NCBI GenBank assembly: GCA_963718525.1
Contig: OY970355.1
Coordinates: 800,001 to 864,000, forward strand
Source of the DNA: Candidatus Dormiibacterota bacterium
Lineage (GTDB): Bacteria > Chloroflexota > Dormibacteria > Aeolococcales > Aeolococcaceae
DNA length: 64,000 bases
Direction: 5' to 3'
Positions within the stretch are counted from its first letter, which is position 1. The number at the start of each line of letters is the position of its first letter. A program made the translations under genes and the position numbers. Positions 34,385 through 44,269 of this stretch are shown here, piece by piece. The notes below the pieces were generated by a model. That model ran no database searches. It worked only from the letters and a program-made list of their open reading frames with translations, and was not told the DNA's origin.

Positions 34385-36178
34385 TCATGCGTCGATCTGT
34401 ATGAGCGGCGCCCGCGGGCTCACCACAACGCCTTCGGTCACGTACACCTCGGTGACCGTACCTGTCCGCGTCGCCGTGATGTCGTTCTGCATCTTCATCG
34501 CCTCGAGCACGCAGACGACGTCACCCAGTGCGACGCGGTCGCCAACCTTGACGTTCACCTTGAGCAGCAACCCCTGCATCGGCGATACCACCGTCCCCTC
34601 TCGCACCGCCGGCGCCGCAGGTGTCGCCGGCGCTGCGACAGCAGCACCACCGGCATCAATGCCGCCGATGATGCGCACCGCATAGCTCTGCCCGTCGACC
34701 TCCACAGTCAGCTCGCGAACCGGCAGCGCCTGTGGCTCGCCGGCCTGCGCCTCACCCGGGTCGGCAGCGACTTCGCTCGGGGGTTCTGACGTCCCCGCAA
34801 CCGGGGCGACATCCGGCTCGTCCCCGAGCCGTTCGGCGACGGCGTCGCCGCGTACGAGGTTGAGATAGGCATTCGGGAACAGCGCGTACGTGACCATCGC
34901 GGCGAGGTCGGGCTTCGCATATCCCTCGCGAACCAGCTCGCGGCGCGTCGTCTCCATGACCGGCTCGAGCAGGTCGGCGGGGCGGCAGGTGATCGGCTCT
35001 TCGCGGCCGTTCACCAGACGCCGCACCTCCGGGTCGATCGCTTCGGGAGGCTCGCCGTAGAGGCCGAGACAGTAGTCCTTGATCTCCTGGCTGATGGTCG
35101 CGTAGCGGTCACCCTCGACCACGTTGTATACGGCCTGGGTTGCCATGATCTCGGTGAGCGGGGTGATCAGCGGTGGGTAGCCGAGCTCGGCGCGGACCTG
35201 GACGACGTCGGCCTCCACCTCGGCGAGCCGTCCCAGCGCATTGCGCTCGCGCAGCTCGGCAATCGCGTGGCCCATCGCCGAGGGCGGAAGCAAACCGCGC
35301 AGCGCCGAGGTGTCGAGCCGGGCCGCCAGCGGATCGACGACATCGGTGTAATGGACGAGCTCCTGCTCGAGGACCAGCGCAGCGGCTGCGACCCGCTCGA
35401 GGTCGAGGCCGCAGTCGACTTCGGTTCCCGCGAACCCGGCAATCAACGCCTCGGCGCCTGGCATCGACGCACCGCCCGCAAGTGGGGACAGAGCGCAGTC
35501 GGCTCGGTACGCGCCGGCGAGCGCCGCGGAATGGCAGGCCAGCGCGGCCATCCCCGTTTGCGCGGAGATCGAGACCGCCACCGGCACCCCAGCGGCTTCG
35601 CGGATCACCTTGACCGCCCGTGCGGCCGCCGCAGCGCCGAGGACGCCGAGGGGATCGTGGAGGCAGATGGTCGGATACCCGGCGTCGACCAGCCTGCGAG
35701 CCACGTCCCCCAATCCTTCAAGGCCGCGACCCGGCACCACGTTGTGGACGATGACCCCTTCGGCCTGCTTGCCGGTCGCCGCGATCGCGATCGAGCATCG
35801 CTCCAGGTTGCGGACGTCGTTGAGCGGGTCGTAGCAACGGAAGATGTCGACGCCCGCCTCGGCCGACGCCTCGATGAAGGCATCCACAAGGTCGTCCGAG
35901 ACCTGGCGGTGCCCCACCAGCGACTGACCGGCGATCAGCGCCAGGAATGGCGTGATCGGTGCAGCGGCCCTGATCGCGCGCAGGCGCTCGAATGGGTCCT
36001 CAGCGAGAAATCGCAGCGATGCCTCGAAGGTCGAACCGCCGAAGACATCGAGAGCGGCAAAGCCGCAGTGATCGAGGGTCTCGGCGACCGGCAGGACGTG
36101 GCGGAGGCGCAGCCTGCTGACCATGAGCGACTGCTGCCCATGGCGGAGCGACGTCTCCACCAATTCGAGGCGGGGCAT
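34385..36178 (-). CDS. PycB/OadA-like carboxyltransferase-fold protein with degenerate active site and intact C-terminal biotinyl domain
   Basis: Colinear with PycB (RFLAEDPFERLR, FRCYDPLNDVRNL, ELGYPPLITP, EPITCRPADLLEP, EAMKMQN), but the catalytic ligands are substituted. ATG 36178 follows TAGAAT by 8 nt. Confidence 0.85.
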   Translation of the reverse strand: MPRLELVETSLRHGQQSLMVSRLRLRHVLPVAETLDHCGFAALDVFGGSTFEASLRFLAEDPFERLRAIRAAAPITPFLALIAGQSLVGHRQVSDDLVDAFIEASAEAGVDIFRCYDPLNDVRNLERCSIAIAATGKQAEGVIVHNVVPGRGLEGLGDVARRLVDAGYPTICLHDPLGVLGAAAAARAVKVIREAAGVPVAVSISAQTGMAALACHSAALAGAYRADCALSPLAGGASMPGAEALIAGFAGTEVDCGLDLERVAAAALVLEQELVHYTDVVDPLAARLDTSALRGLLPPSAMGHAIAELRERNALGRLAEVEADVVQVRAELGYPPLITPLTEIMATQAVYNVVEGDRYATISQEIKDYCLGLYGEPPEAIDPEVRRLVNGREEPITCRPADLLEPVMETTRRELVREGYAKPDLAAMVTYALFPNAYLNLVRGDAVAERLGDEPDVAPVAGTSEPPSEVAADPGEAQAGEPQALPVRELTVEVDGQSYAVRIIGGIDAGGAAVAAPATPAAPAVREGTVVSPMQGLLLKVNVKVGDRVALGDVVCVLEAMKMQNDITATRTGTVTEVYVTEGVVVSPRAPLIQIDA

Positions 36179-36214
36179 GCGGGGCAATTCTAGGGCTACG
36201 CCCGGAGCACCCTC

Positions 36215-36712
36215 CTACTCGAAGTGGAATCCTTCGGGGAGTTGCACTTTGGAGCGCATGCGGGCGCGCTCCTCCTTGATCCGAGCGGCGACGTCCGGGT
36301 CGAAGAGACCGATGATCTCGGCGGCGAGGTGCCCGGCGTTTCGCGCGCCCATCGCCCCGACCGCGACGGTTGCAACGGGGATGCCGGGCGGCATCTGCAC
36401 GATCGAGAGGAGCGAGTCGAACCCCGCGAGCGGCGTCGCGGCGAGCGGCACGCCGATCACCGGCAGCGTGGTCAGCGACGCCAGCACGCCTGGGAGGTGC
36501 GCTGCCGCTCCAGCGCCGGCGATGAGCACCCGGAGCCCGCGCTCGGGCGCGGCGAGCGCGTACGCGCGCACGACGTCACCTGCTCGGTGCGCCGACATGA
36601 CCCCGATCTCCCAGCCGATCCCGTAGCCGTCGAGCACCTCGCCGCAGGTGTTCATCACCGGAAGATCGGACTCGCTCCCGACCACGATCCCGACGCGCAC
36701 CGGCTCGCTCAC
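36215..36712 (-). CDS. purE: N5-CAIR mutase (class I PurE)
   Basis: GSESD, SAHR, AGAAAHLPG, LPVIGVP, DSLLSIVQMPPGIPVATV. Confidence 0.95.
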   Translation of the reverse strand: MSEPVRVGIVVGSESDLPVMNTCGEVLDGYGIGWEIGVMSAHRAGDVVRAYALAAPERGLRVLIAGAGAAAHLPGVLASLTTLPVIGVPLAATPLAGFDSLLSIVQMPPGIPVATVAVGAMGARNAGHLAAEIIGLFDPDVAARIKEERARMRSKVQLPEGFHFE

Positions 36713-38004
36713 GACTGCACGCCGGCGGTGACCGGTCGTCCGATGTCCGTACGCTGCTGCATGCCGTCGAAATGCACGCGCGCAAGATTGCCATACGCGC
36801 GTGCGCGGGCGGCCCCGACGTCGGCGCCGAGCGCGGTCACGCAGAGCACGCGGCCGCCTGCGGTCCGCAGCGTGCCGTCCTGGTCGCGCGTTGTTCCCGC
36901 GTGAAAACAGAGCACGTCACCGTCGAGCGCATCGGTCCCGGTGATGACGTCACCGCGACGCACGTCGCCGGGGTATCCAGCCGCCGCCGCAACCACGCCG
37001 ACCGCGGCACCGTGTGCAGCGGCGGCGATACCCGCAGTCACCTCACCGTGCGCGCATGCTGTCAGCACGTCGAGCAGGGACTCGTCAAGCAGCGGCACGA
37101 CAACCTGTGTCTCCGGGTCGCCGAAGCGAGCGTTGAACTCGAGGACGCGAACCCCGTCGCGCGTGAGCATCAGGCCCGCATAGAGACAGCCGACAAAGGG
37201 ATGTCCCTGCTCGTGGAGTGCGGCGATGCAGGGATCGAGCACTGTGCGGGTCACCTCCTCGAGGAATGCGCTCGAGGCGACGTCCGGGGGCGGCGCCACG
37301 GCACCCATGCCGCCGGTGTTGGGCCCGCGATCGCCGTCGTGGATGCGCTTGTGATCACGGGCCGGCACCAAGGTGCGCACATTGCGACCGTCGCTGAGTC
37401 CGAAAACGCTCACCTCGGGTCCATTGAGCATCTCCTCGACGACCACGTGACGGCCCGCCTGGCCGAAGCGAAGCTCGCCGAGGCATTCGTCAAGCGCGCG
37501 CTCCGCCTCCTCGAGATTGGCGCAGACCATGACCCCCTTGCCGAGCGCGAGCCCGTCGGCCTTGACCACGCATGCCCCTCCCAGCTCGCCGATGAAGGCC
37601 ACGAGCTTGGTGCGATCGTCTGCTCCACCCGCGCGCCACCGCGCCGTGGGAATCCCCGCCAACTCCATCACCTGCTTCGCAAACGTCTTGGACGACTCGA
37701 TTCGCGCGGCTGCGGCCGTCGGACCGAAGACGGACACGCCTCGCTGGATGCATGCGTCGGCCACGCCGGCCGCGGCCGCGGCATCGGGGCCGATGATCAC
37801 CAGGTCCACCGAGCGTTCCGCCGCAAGACGGGCGACCGCGGGGGCATCGGTGACATCGACGGCGACGTTCTCGGCAATCTCAGCGGTGCCCCCGTTGCCC
37901 GGCGCGACGATCACCGCCACATCGGGCGCATCGCGACGGCAGGCCCAGGCCAGCGCATGCTCGCGTCCGCCGGATCCGACGACGAGAACCCGACCTACTC
38001 CCAT
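36709..38004 (-). CDS. purD: Phosphoribosylamine--glycine ligase
   Basis: [58 protein letters not shown]. Confidence 0.96.
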   Translation of the reverse strand: MGVGRVLVVGSGGREHALAWACRRDAPDVAVIVAPGNGGTAEIAENVAVDVTDAPAVARLAAERSVDLVIIGPDAAAAAGVADACIQRGVSVFGPTAAAARIESSKTFAKQVMELAGIPTARWRAGGADDRTKLVAFIGELGGACVVKADGLALGKGVMVCANLEEAERALDECLGELRFGQAGRHVVVEEMLNGPEVSVFGLSDGRNVRTLVPARDHKRIHDGDRGPNTGGMGAVAPPPDVASSAFLEEVTRTVLDPCIAALHEQGHPFVGCLYAGLMLTRDGVRVLEFNARFGDPETQVVVPLLDESLLDVLTACAHGEVTAGIAAAAHGAAVGVVAAAAGYPGDVRRGDVITGTDALDGDVLCFHAGTTRDQDGTLRTAGGRVLCVTALGADVGAARARAYGNLARVHFDGMQQRTDIGRPVTAGVQS

Positions 38005-39581
38005 TCGATCGTCGACGGCGGTTTGCTCGAGATGTCGTAGACGACCCGGTTGATGCCCGGGACCTCGTTGACGATGCGCCGGCTGATCAGTCCCAGCACG
38101 TCGTAGGGGACTCGCGCCCAGTCAGCGGTCATGCCATCCTCGCTCTCGACGATGCGCACCGCGACGACGTTCCCATAGGTGCGGAAGTCGCCCATCACGC
38201 CCACCGACGAGATCGGCGTCAGGATCGCAAACGACTGCCACACCTTGCGGTAGAGGCCGCTGCGTTTGATCTCGTCGATCACCACCCAGTCGGCGGCGCG
38301 GAGCGTCTCGAGGCGCTCACGGGTCACCGCCCCGATGATGCGGATGGCAAGACCGGGACCCGGAAACGGCTGGCGGAACACCATGTCCTCCGGCAGCCCG
38401 AGCGCGAGTCCGACGTTGCGCACCTCGTCCTTGAACAGGTAGCGCAGCGGCTCGACGAGCTCGAAGCGGAGATTCTCGGGGAGCCCGCCCACGTTGTGGT
38501 GCGTCTTGATCTTGTTGGCGTTGTGGGTGTCGTGTGATGTCGACTCGATGACGTCTGGGTAGAGCGTCCCCTGGGCAAGGAAATCGATCGATCCCAGTCG
38601 CGTCGCTTGCTCCTCGAAGACGCGGATGAACGTGGCCCCGATCCGGCGGCGTTTCTCCTCGGGGTCGACCACGCCGGCGAGGGCGTCGAGAAACTGGTCG
38701 GTGGCGTCGACGTGGACGAGACTGATGTGGCGCTGCGTCCGCATCACGTCGATGACGCGGTCGCCCTCGGCACGCCGGAGCAGGCCGTTGTCGACGAAGA
38801 CGCAGGTGAGCTGGTCACCGACGGCGCGATGCACGAGCGTCGCGGCCACCGCCGAGTCCACACCTCCGCTGAGCGCGCAGATCACCTTGCCGTCGCCGAT
38901 CTGACGCCGGAGCGCGCTGATCGTCATCTCGATGAACGATGCGGCCTCCCAGGTGCCTGCGCATGCGCAGACGTCAAAGAGGAAGTTGCGCAGGATGTCG
39001 CGTCCCAGGGGTGTGTGCGCGACCTCGGGATGGAACTGGATCCCGTAGCGCTTGCCAGGCCCGATGAAGGCTGCACAGGCCGAGTTGAGGGAGTGGGCAA
39101 TCGGACGGAAGCCCGGGGGGAGCGCGGTGACGACGTCACCGTGCGACATCCAGACCGCAAGCTCCGCGGGCAGCTTCGCGAACAGCCCGGCGGCCTCGTC
39201 GACAGTCACGGACGCGTGTCCATACTCCCGGCGTTCTGCGGGAGCGACCCCACCACCGAGGTCGACCGCGAGCAGATCCATCCCATAGCAGATGCCGAGA
39301 ATCGGGATGTCGAGCTCGTACACCGCCGGGTCGGGATGGGGTGCACCGGCTTCGAACACCGATGCAGGACCTCCGCTGAAGATGAGGCCGCGCGGATTGC
39401 GGCTGCGGATCTCGTCAGCGCTGATCGTGCCAGGCACCAGTTCGCAGTACACCTTGGCCTCGCGCACCCGTCGCGCGATCAGCTGCGAGTACTGGCTTCC
39501 GAAATCGAGGACGAGGACGGTGTCCTGAGCGATCTGCACAGGCGTGCGCGCCACCGCGCCTGCGTCAGTCGCGACCGTCAT
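37995..39581 (-). CDS. guaA: GMP synthase (glutamine-hydrolysing)
   Basis: [61 protein letters not shown]. Confidence 0.97.
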   Translation of the reverse strand: MTVATDAGAVARTPVQIAQDTVLVLDFGSQYSQLIARRVREAKVYCELVPGTISADEIRSRNPRGLIFSGGPASVFEAGAPHPDPAVYELDIPILGICYGMDLLAVDLGGGVAPAERREYGHASVTVDEAAGLFAKLPAELAVWMSHGDVVTALPPGFRPIAHSLNSACAAFIGPGKRYGIQFHPEVAHTPLGRDILRNFLFDVCACAGTWEAASFIEMTISALRRQIGDGKVICALSGGVDSAVAATLVHRAVGDQLTCVFVDNGLLRRAEGDRVIDVMRTQRHISLVHVDATDQFLDALAGVVDPEEKRRRIGATFIRVFEEQATRLGSIDFLAQGTLYPDVIESTSHDTHNANKIKTHHNVGGLPENLRFELVEPLRYLFKDEVRNVGLALGLPEDMVFRQPFPGPGLAIRIIGAVTRERLETLRAADWVVIDEIKRSGLYRKVWQSFAILTPISSVGVMGDFRTYGNVVAVRIVESEDGMTADWARVPYDVLGLISRRIVNEVPGINRVVYDISSKPPSTIEWE

Positions 39582-39603
39582 CGCTGTCCGTCCACCCCGA
39601 GCA

Positions 39604-40764
39604 CTACACCCCCATCCCGACACGCTGTTCACGCTGCTGCACCTTTCCCTCGGTCTTGATCGAGGGCGCGATCACCATCTCGGTTTCCTGGAACTCGGCG
39701 ATGTTCCGTGCGCCGCAGACACCCATCGCCGTCTTCAGCGCACCGACGAGGTTCATGCTCCCGTCGTCGACGTGGGCCGGACCGAAGAGGATCTCGCGGA
39801 GTGTTCCCTTGATACCGGTGCGAATGCGCGTTCCACGTGGCAGGTTCGGATCCGGAGTCGCCATGCCCCAATGGTTGCCATGCCCTGCGGCTTCCGCCGA
39901 CGCCGCGAAGATCGAGCCGATCATCACTGCATCCGCACCACTCGCAAAGGCCTTCGCGACGTCGCCCCCGAGCCGCATGCCGCCGTCCGTGATGATCGCG
40001 ACCCGCTCGCCACTGCGGCGGAAGTGGTCGTCGCGAGCGGCCGCGCAGTCGCTCGTGGCCGTGACCTGAGGCACGCCCACGCCGAGCACCGCACGGGTGG
40101 TGCACGCGGCACCCGGGCCGACGCCGACGAGCAGTCCTTTGATGCCCGTGTCCATCAGCTCAAGGGCAGTGGCGTAGTCGACGCAGTTGCCGGCAACCAC
40201 CGGGATGTCGACAGAGTGGGTCAGCTCCGAGAACGACAGATGCTTGTACGACTTGCTGACGTGGCGGGCTGTGAGCACGGTCCCCTGCACCACCAGCATG
40301 TGCGCTCCCGCTTCCTGGACGATCGGCGCCCGGCGCTCCGCGTGCGCAGGAACCGTGGAGACCGCGCAGGGCACCCCTGCACTGGTGATCTCCTCGATTC
40401 GCTGGCCGATGAGCCCGTCCTGCACGGGCGCTGTGTAGATCTTTTGCAGCAGTGTGTTGATCTGATCCGGCGGGGAGTCGGCGATAGCGGCCAGCACCTC
40501 GGCCGGATCCTCATACCGCGTCTGGACACCGTCGAGATTGAGCACCGCAAGCCCACCCAAACGGCCCATCTCCACCGCGAAGTGGGTGTCCACGACACCG
40601 TCCATGGCGGCGGCGAGGAAGGGAATCTCCAGCGTCGTCCCGTTCACCGCAAAGGAGACGTCGATTTCGGCCGGGTTCACGGTCACGCGACCAGGGACAA
40701 GTGCAACCTCATCGAACCCATAGGCGCGCCGGGCACGCTTGCCTCTGCCCAACTCGAACTCCAT
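39604..40764 (-). CDS. guaB3: IMP dehydrogenase family protein, GuaB3 type (no CBS domains)
   Basis: [50 protein letters not shown]. Confidence 0.9.
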   Translation of the reverse strand: MEFELGRGKRARRAYGFDEVALVPGRVTVNPAEIDVSFAVNGTTLEIPFLAAAMDGVVDTHFAVEMGRLGGLAVLNLDGVQTRYEDPAEVLAAIADSPPDQINTLLQKIYTAPVQDGLIGQRIEEITSAGVPCAVSTVPAHAERRAPIVQEAGAHMLVVQGTVLTARHVSKSYKHLSFSELTHSVDIPVVAGNCVDYATALELMDTGIKGLLVGVGPGAACTTRAVLGVGVPQVTATSDCAAARDDHFRRSGERVAIITDGGMRLGGDVAKAFASGADAVMIGSIFAASAEAAGHGNHWGMATPDPNLPRGTRIRTGIKGTLREILFGPAHVDDGSMNLVGALKTAMGVCGARNIAEFQETEMVIAPSIKTEGKVQQREQRVGMGV

Positions 40765-40806
40765 CTGGGGATTCTACAGGAGTGATGGGTGACTCCGGCC
40801 TCGGGA

Positions 40807-40854
40807 TCGCACCATCTTGTGGAGTTCAACCAGGGCATCCACCACATCTGGTGG
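40807..40854. promoter_or_regulatory. Tandem NrdR-box-like operators
   Basis: TCGCACCATCTTGTGG (40807-40822) and CCACCACATCTGGTGG (40839-40854) are 32 bp apart and match acaCwAtATaTwGtg. Confidence 0.6.
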
Positions 40855-40904
40855 TCACCTCTCCGTGGCCCGGCGTGAGGTGCAGACTCGACACGCCGGC
40901 GACC

Positions 40905-42161
40905 CTAGGGATAGATTCCTCGAACCTTGGTTGCCTCGGCGACCTTGGTCACCGCGATCCGAAAAGCAGCGTCGCGCAGCGTGATCCCATGAGAGAGCGC
41001 CTCACCGTGCACCTGTTGATAACTCCGGGTCATCACCTCGCGAAGGCGGGAGTTCACCTCGCCCGAGCCCCAGAAGTAGGCCTGGATGTCCTGCACCCAT
41101 TCGAAATAGGAGACGACCACGCCGCCGGCATTGGCAAGGATGTCCGGGAGGATCAGGACGCCGCGGGCATCCAGCTCCGCGTCCGCCTCATAGGTGATCG
41201 GAGCGTTCGCACCTTCCGCGATCACCTTTGCGCGCACACGGCCGGCATTTCGCTCGCCGATCTGAGCCTCGAGCGCAGCTGGGACGAGCACCTCGACGTC
41301 GAGGGTGAGCAGCTCTTCGCGGTCGATCTGTTCGGCACCACCGTAGTCGGTGAAGTGGCCGCCCTCTTCCTTCAGGTGGCGCAACGCGGTCAGATCGAGT
41401 CCGTCGGCGCGGTAGAGGCTGCACGTGCTGTCCGACACCGCGACGACCGTCATGCCCTCCGCGGAGAGCAGTTCCGCAGACACGCCGCCGACCTTGCCGA
41501 AGCCCTGGATTGCGACACGCGCACCGGACGGATCCATCCCGGCGTCACGCATCGCGAGCACGGTGACCATGGTGAGTCCGCGCCCCGGCCCGGTGAAGCG
41601 GCCTTCGGAACCACCGATCGCCTGAGGCTTGCCGGTGACCGACGCGGGTACCGAGAATCCCGCGTGCATCGACAGCGTGTCCATGATCCACGCCATCACC
41701 TGCGGCCCCGTGCCGAGGTCGGGAGCGGGAATGTCGCGATCCGGACCAACGATGAGCGAGATCTCCGTCGTGAACCGCCGTGTCAGCCGTTCCAGCTCGG
41801 TGAGGCTCAGCAGATGCGGATCGCAGACCACGCCGCCTTTCGAGCCGCCAAACGGAACGTCGACGACCGCGGTCTTCCAGGTCATGTACATCGCCAGGGC
41901 TCGGGCGTCATCGAGCGTCATCGCCGGGTGGAAACGCAGTCCGCCCTTTGCCGGTCCGCGGGCGATGTTGTGCTGTACGCGAAAGCCGGTGAAGACGCGG
42001 AATGAGCCGTCGTCCATCTCCACCGGGAAATGCACCACAAGCTCGCGTTTGACTTCGCGCAGCACCGCTCGAAGGGAGTCTTCCAACCCTACGGCGTCGG
42101 CGGTGGCGTCGAACTGCCGCTGAGCAATGCTCAGGGCGGAGCGCTCATTGGTCCCGGACAT
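40905..42161 (-). CDS. gdhA: Glu/Leu/Phe/Val dehydrogenase (glutamate dehydrogenase)
   Basis: FRVQHNIARGPAKGGLRF, MTWKTA, GGSKGG, DIPAPDLGT, QGFGKVG, EGANAP, NAGGVVVSYFEWVQ. Confidence 0.92.
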   Translation of the reverse strand: MSGTNERSALSIAQRQFDATADAVGLEDSLRAVLREVKRELVVHFPVEMDDGSFRVFTGFRVQHNIARGPAKGGLRFHPAMTLDDARALAMYMTWKTAVVDVPFGGSKGGVVCDPHLLSLTELERLTRRFTTEISLIVGPDRDIPAPDLGTGPQVMAWIMDTLSMHAGFSVPASVTGKPQAIGGSEGRFTGPGRGLTMVTVLAMRDAGMDPSGARVAIQGFGKVGGVSAELLSAEGMTVVAVSDSTCSLYRADGLDLTALRHLKEEGGHFTDYGGAEQIDREELLTLDVEVLVPAALEAQIGERNAGRVRAKVIAEGANAPITYEADAELDARGVLILPDILANAGGVVVSYFEWVQDIQAYFWGSGEVNSRLREVMTRSYQQVHGEALSHGITLRDAAFRIAVTKVAEATKVRGIYP

Positions 42162-42277
42162 GCGCAGGCCGCACTATACGCAACAAGCCAGCGGTTTAGG
42201 TCAGTCCGCAGCGCCCGGATTAGCACTCCGACGCGACATGTAGTTGCCTGCCCTGGCAGCAACGCGATGCGCAATCA

Positions 42278-42306
42278 TTGACAATCGCGATCACAACCAG
42301 CATGCT
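42278..42306 (+). promoter_or_regulatory. Sigma70-type promoter of the histone-like gene
   Basis: TTGACA-N17-CATGCT, followed by a leader containing AAGGAGG. Confidence 0.55.
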
Positions 42307-42370
42307 ATGCCGGAACGACTAGGAGGTTTTGGACACCTCCTGTCACAAACAACAAGGAGGCCCATAGGAT

Positions 42371-43120
42371 ATGGCCAGGACCAGACGTAGGAGAGGCGGC
42401 GTCGAGAAGGCCGTCAAACGCACCGTGAGGCGCGTAGGGACGACCGCTCGCCGTCGCGCACCCGCCGCTGGTGGCGATCTCGTGAAGGCGGTGCAGAACC
42501 TCGTGAAGGCGTTGCCCGTCGGCGAGTTGGAGAAGCAACTCGCGGGCCTTGAGAAGACCGTCGCGCGGCTCGAAGTGAGCCTGCGTGGTGCAGCCAAGCG
42601 TGCATCGACCGCGGTCCGCGGGACCAAACGCGCAACTGCCAAACGCGCAACTGCCAAACGCGCAACCGCAAAACGCGGCACCGCGAAGCGGGCGACCGCC
42701 AAGCGGGCAACCGCGAAGCGCGCAACCGCCAAGCGGGCGACCGCTAAGCGGGCCGGCGCCAAGAAGACCACGGCTCGCAAGACCACGGCTCGCAAGCCCG
42801 CAGCACGCAAGACCACGGCTCGCAAGACCACGGCTCGCAAGACCACGGCCCGCAAGCCCGCAGCGCGCAAGACCACGGCCCGTAAGACCACCGCGCGCAA
42901 GACCACGGCCCGTAAGACCACCGTGCGCAAGACCACGGCTCGCAAGCCGGCCGCTGCGCGCAAGACCACGGCCCGCAAGACCACGGCGCGTAAGACCACC
43001 GCGCGCAAGCCCGCAGCTGCTCGCAAGACCACTGCGCGCAAGCCGGTGACCCGCCGTCGCGTGGTTCGGGCAGTCGCCGCGGCGCCTGCGCCGGCACCCG
43101 CCACCACGACACCGAGCTGA
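42371..43120 (+). CDS. Histone H1/Hc2-like basic protein with leucine-zipper segment
   Basis: Arg-rich N-terminus, heptad LEKQLAGLEKTVARLE, then 28 KRATA/RKTTA/RKPAA repeats. Has its own promoter, SD and terminator. Confidence 0.85.
   Translation: MARTRRRRGGVEKAVKRTVRRVGTTARRRAPAAGGDLVKAVQNLVKALPVGELEKQLAGLEKTVARLEVSLRGAAKRASTAVRGTKRATAKRATAKRATAKRGTAKRATAKRATAKRATAKRATAKRAGAKKTTARKTTARKPAARKTTARKTTARKTTARKPAARKTTARKTTARKTTARKTTVRKTTARKPAAARKTTARKTTARKTTARKPAAARKTTARKPVTRRRVVRAVAAAPAPAPATTTPS
42626..43051 (+). repeat. Coding 15-bp tandem repeat array (~28 units)
   Basis: AAACGCGCAACTGCC and CGCAAGACCACGGCT type units with synonymous variation. Confidence 0.9.
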
Positions 43121-43161
43121 GGCGCACAGCCCCGGCAATCACGCTTTAAGTAGTTGGATGG

Positions 43162-43190
43162 GGCCCCCGGCAGGTGCCGGGGGCCTTCTT
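43162..43190 (+). terminator. Intrinsic terminator (probably bidirectional)
   Basis: GGCCCCCGGCA-GG-TGCCGGGGGCC followed by TTCTT, between convergent genes. Confidence 0.75.
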
Positions 43191-43234
43191 CATGTCATTC
43201 CACCTGGCTGACACGGGATCGCGCGATGATCCGC

Positions 43235-44269
43235 TCAGGTGGCGAGGACGCGAGCCAGCACGGCGGCAGCGCGCTCAGCTTGAGCAGTGTCCACGTTCAG
43301 ATGAGTCACGCAGCGGAGCGTGCGCGGGCCCATCGCGCTGACCAGCACGTTCTGCTCGCGCATCCGAGACGCAAGCTCCGCCGCGGGTGCCTGCGTGTCG
43401 AACGTGACGATGTTCGTGGGCACGGCGGGACGGCGCAGGGTCGCGCCGGGACTCCCGCCAACCGCTTCGGCGATGATCCTCGCATTCTCGTGATCCTGAG
43501 TCAGCCGCGCAAGGTTGTGATCGAGGGCGTAGAGACCGGCCGCGGCGATGATTCCCGCCTGGCGCATGCCGCCGCCGAGACGCTTGCGCCACCGTCGGAC
43601 CAACTCCATCGTGACTGTGTCGCCTGACACCACGGACCCCACCGGTGCACCGAGACCCTTGCTGATGCAGACCGTGACGGTGTCGCAGTCCTTCACAAGT
43701 GCGGCCGGTGTCACGCTCAACGCCGCGGCCGCGTTGAAGAGCCGAGCTCCATCGCAATGCACCCGGAGTCCCAGGCGGTGCGCTTCGCTCGCTGCGGCAT
43801 GAATCCGCGTCGTGTCGATGGCGCCGCCCCCGCGACGGTTGTGCGTGTTCTCGATGCAGAGGAGGGTTGAGACGGGCTGATGGACGTCCGGTGGGCGGAC
43901 CGCCGCCGCGACGGACTCGGCATCGGGGATGCCGTCGACGCTCTCCAGAACCCGGAGCTGAACGCCGGCGATAAGCGCCGCCCCACCAACCTCGTACATG
44001 AAGAGATGCGCCTCGGCATCGGCGATGACCTCATCGCCGGGGTGCGTCTGCGCAGCGACGCACGCCAGGTTGCCCATCGTGCCGCTCGGGACGAACACGC
44101 CCGCTTCCTTCCCGAGCCTGCGCGCGATGTCGTCCTCGAGGCGGCGCACAGTCGGGTCCTCGCCCCACACGTCGTCACCAACCTCGGCGTGCGCCATGGC
44201 GTAACGCATTCCCTCGTCGGGAACGGTCAGCGTGTCACTCCGTAGGTCGACGCTGTCCGGTGCCGGCAT
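43235..44269 (-). CDS. ltaE: Low-specificity L-threonine aldolase
   Basis: DLRSDT, GDDVWGEDPTV, PSGTMGNL, ENTHN, HCDGARLFNA, SKGLGAPVGS, GGGMRQAG. Confidence 0.93.
   Translation of the reverse strand: MPAPDSVDLRSDTLTVPDEGMRYAMAHAEVGDDVWGEDPTVRRLEDDIARRLGKEAGVFVPSGTMGNLACVAAQTHPGDEVIADAEAHLFMYEVGGAALIAGVQLRVLESVDGIPDAESVAAAVRPPDVHQPVSTLLCIENTHNRRGGGAIDTTRIHAAASEAHRLGLRVHCDGARLFNAAAALSVTPAALVKDCDTVTVCISKGLGAPVGSVVSGDTVTMELVRRWRKRLGGGMRQAGIIAAAGLYALDHNLARLTQDHENARIIAEAVGGSPGATLRRPAVPTNIVTFDTQAPAAELASRMREQNVLVSAMGPRTLRCVTHLNVDTAQAERAAAVLARVLAT

Noticed and set aside
32920-36178. Annotation as an ordinary two-subunit pyruvate carboxylase (pycA/pycB)
   Set aside because: All four metal ligands and the substrate-binding Arg of the CT domain are substituted.
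42220-42246. TTAGCACTC, the left half of a CIRCE/HrcA operator, and an overlapping single NrdR-like 16-mer (42231-42246)
   Set aside because: The right CIRCE half GAGTGCTAA is absent after N9, and the NrdR-like site has no partner 31-32 bp away.
42626-43051. Tandem repeats as a possible CRISPR array
   Set aside because: The units are 15 bp with no unique spacers; they are in-frame coding repeats and there are no cas genes.
42305-43142. Antisense ORFs with RAVVL/GLAR repeats
   Set aside because: They are shadows of the histone-like gene, which has the promoter, SD and terminator.
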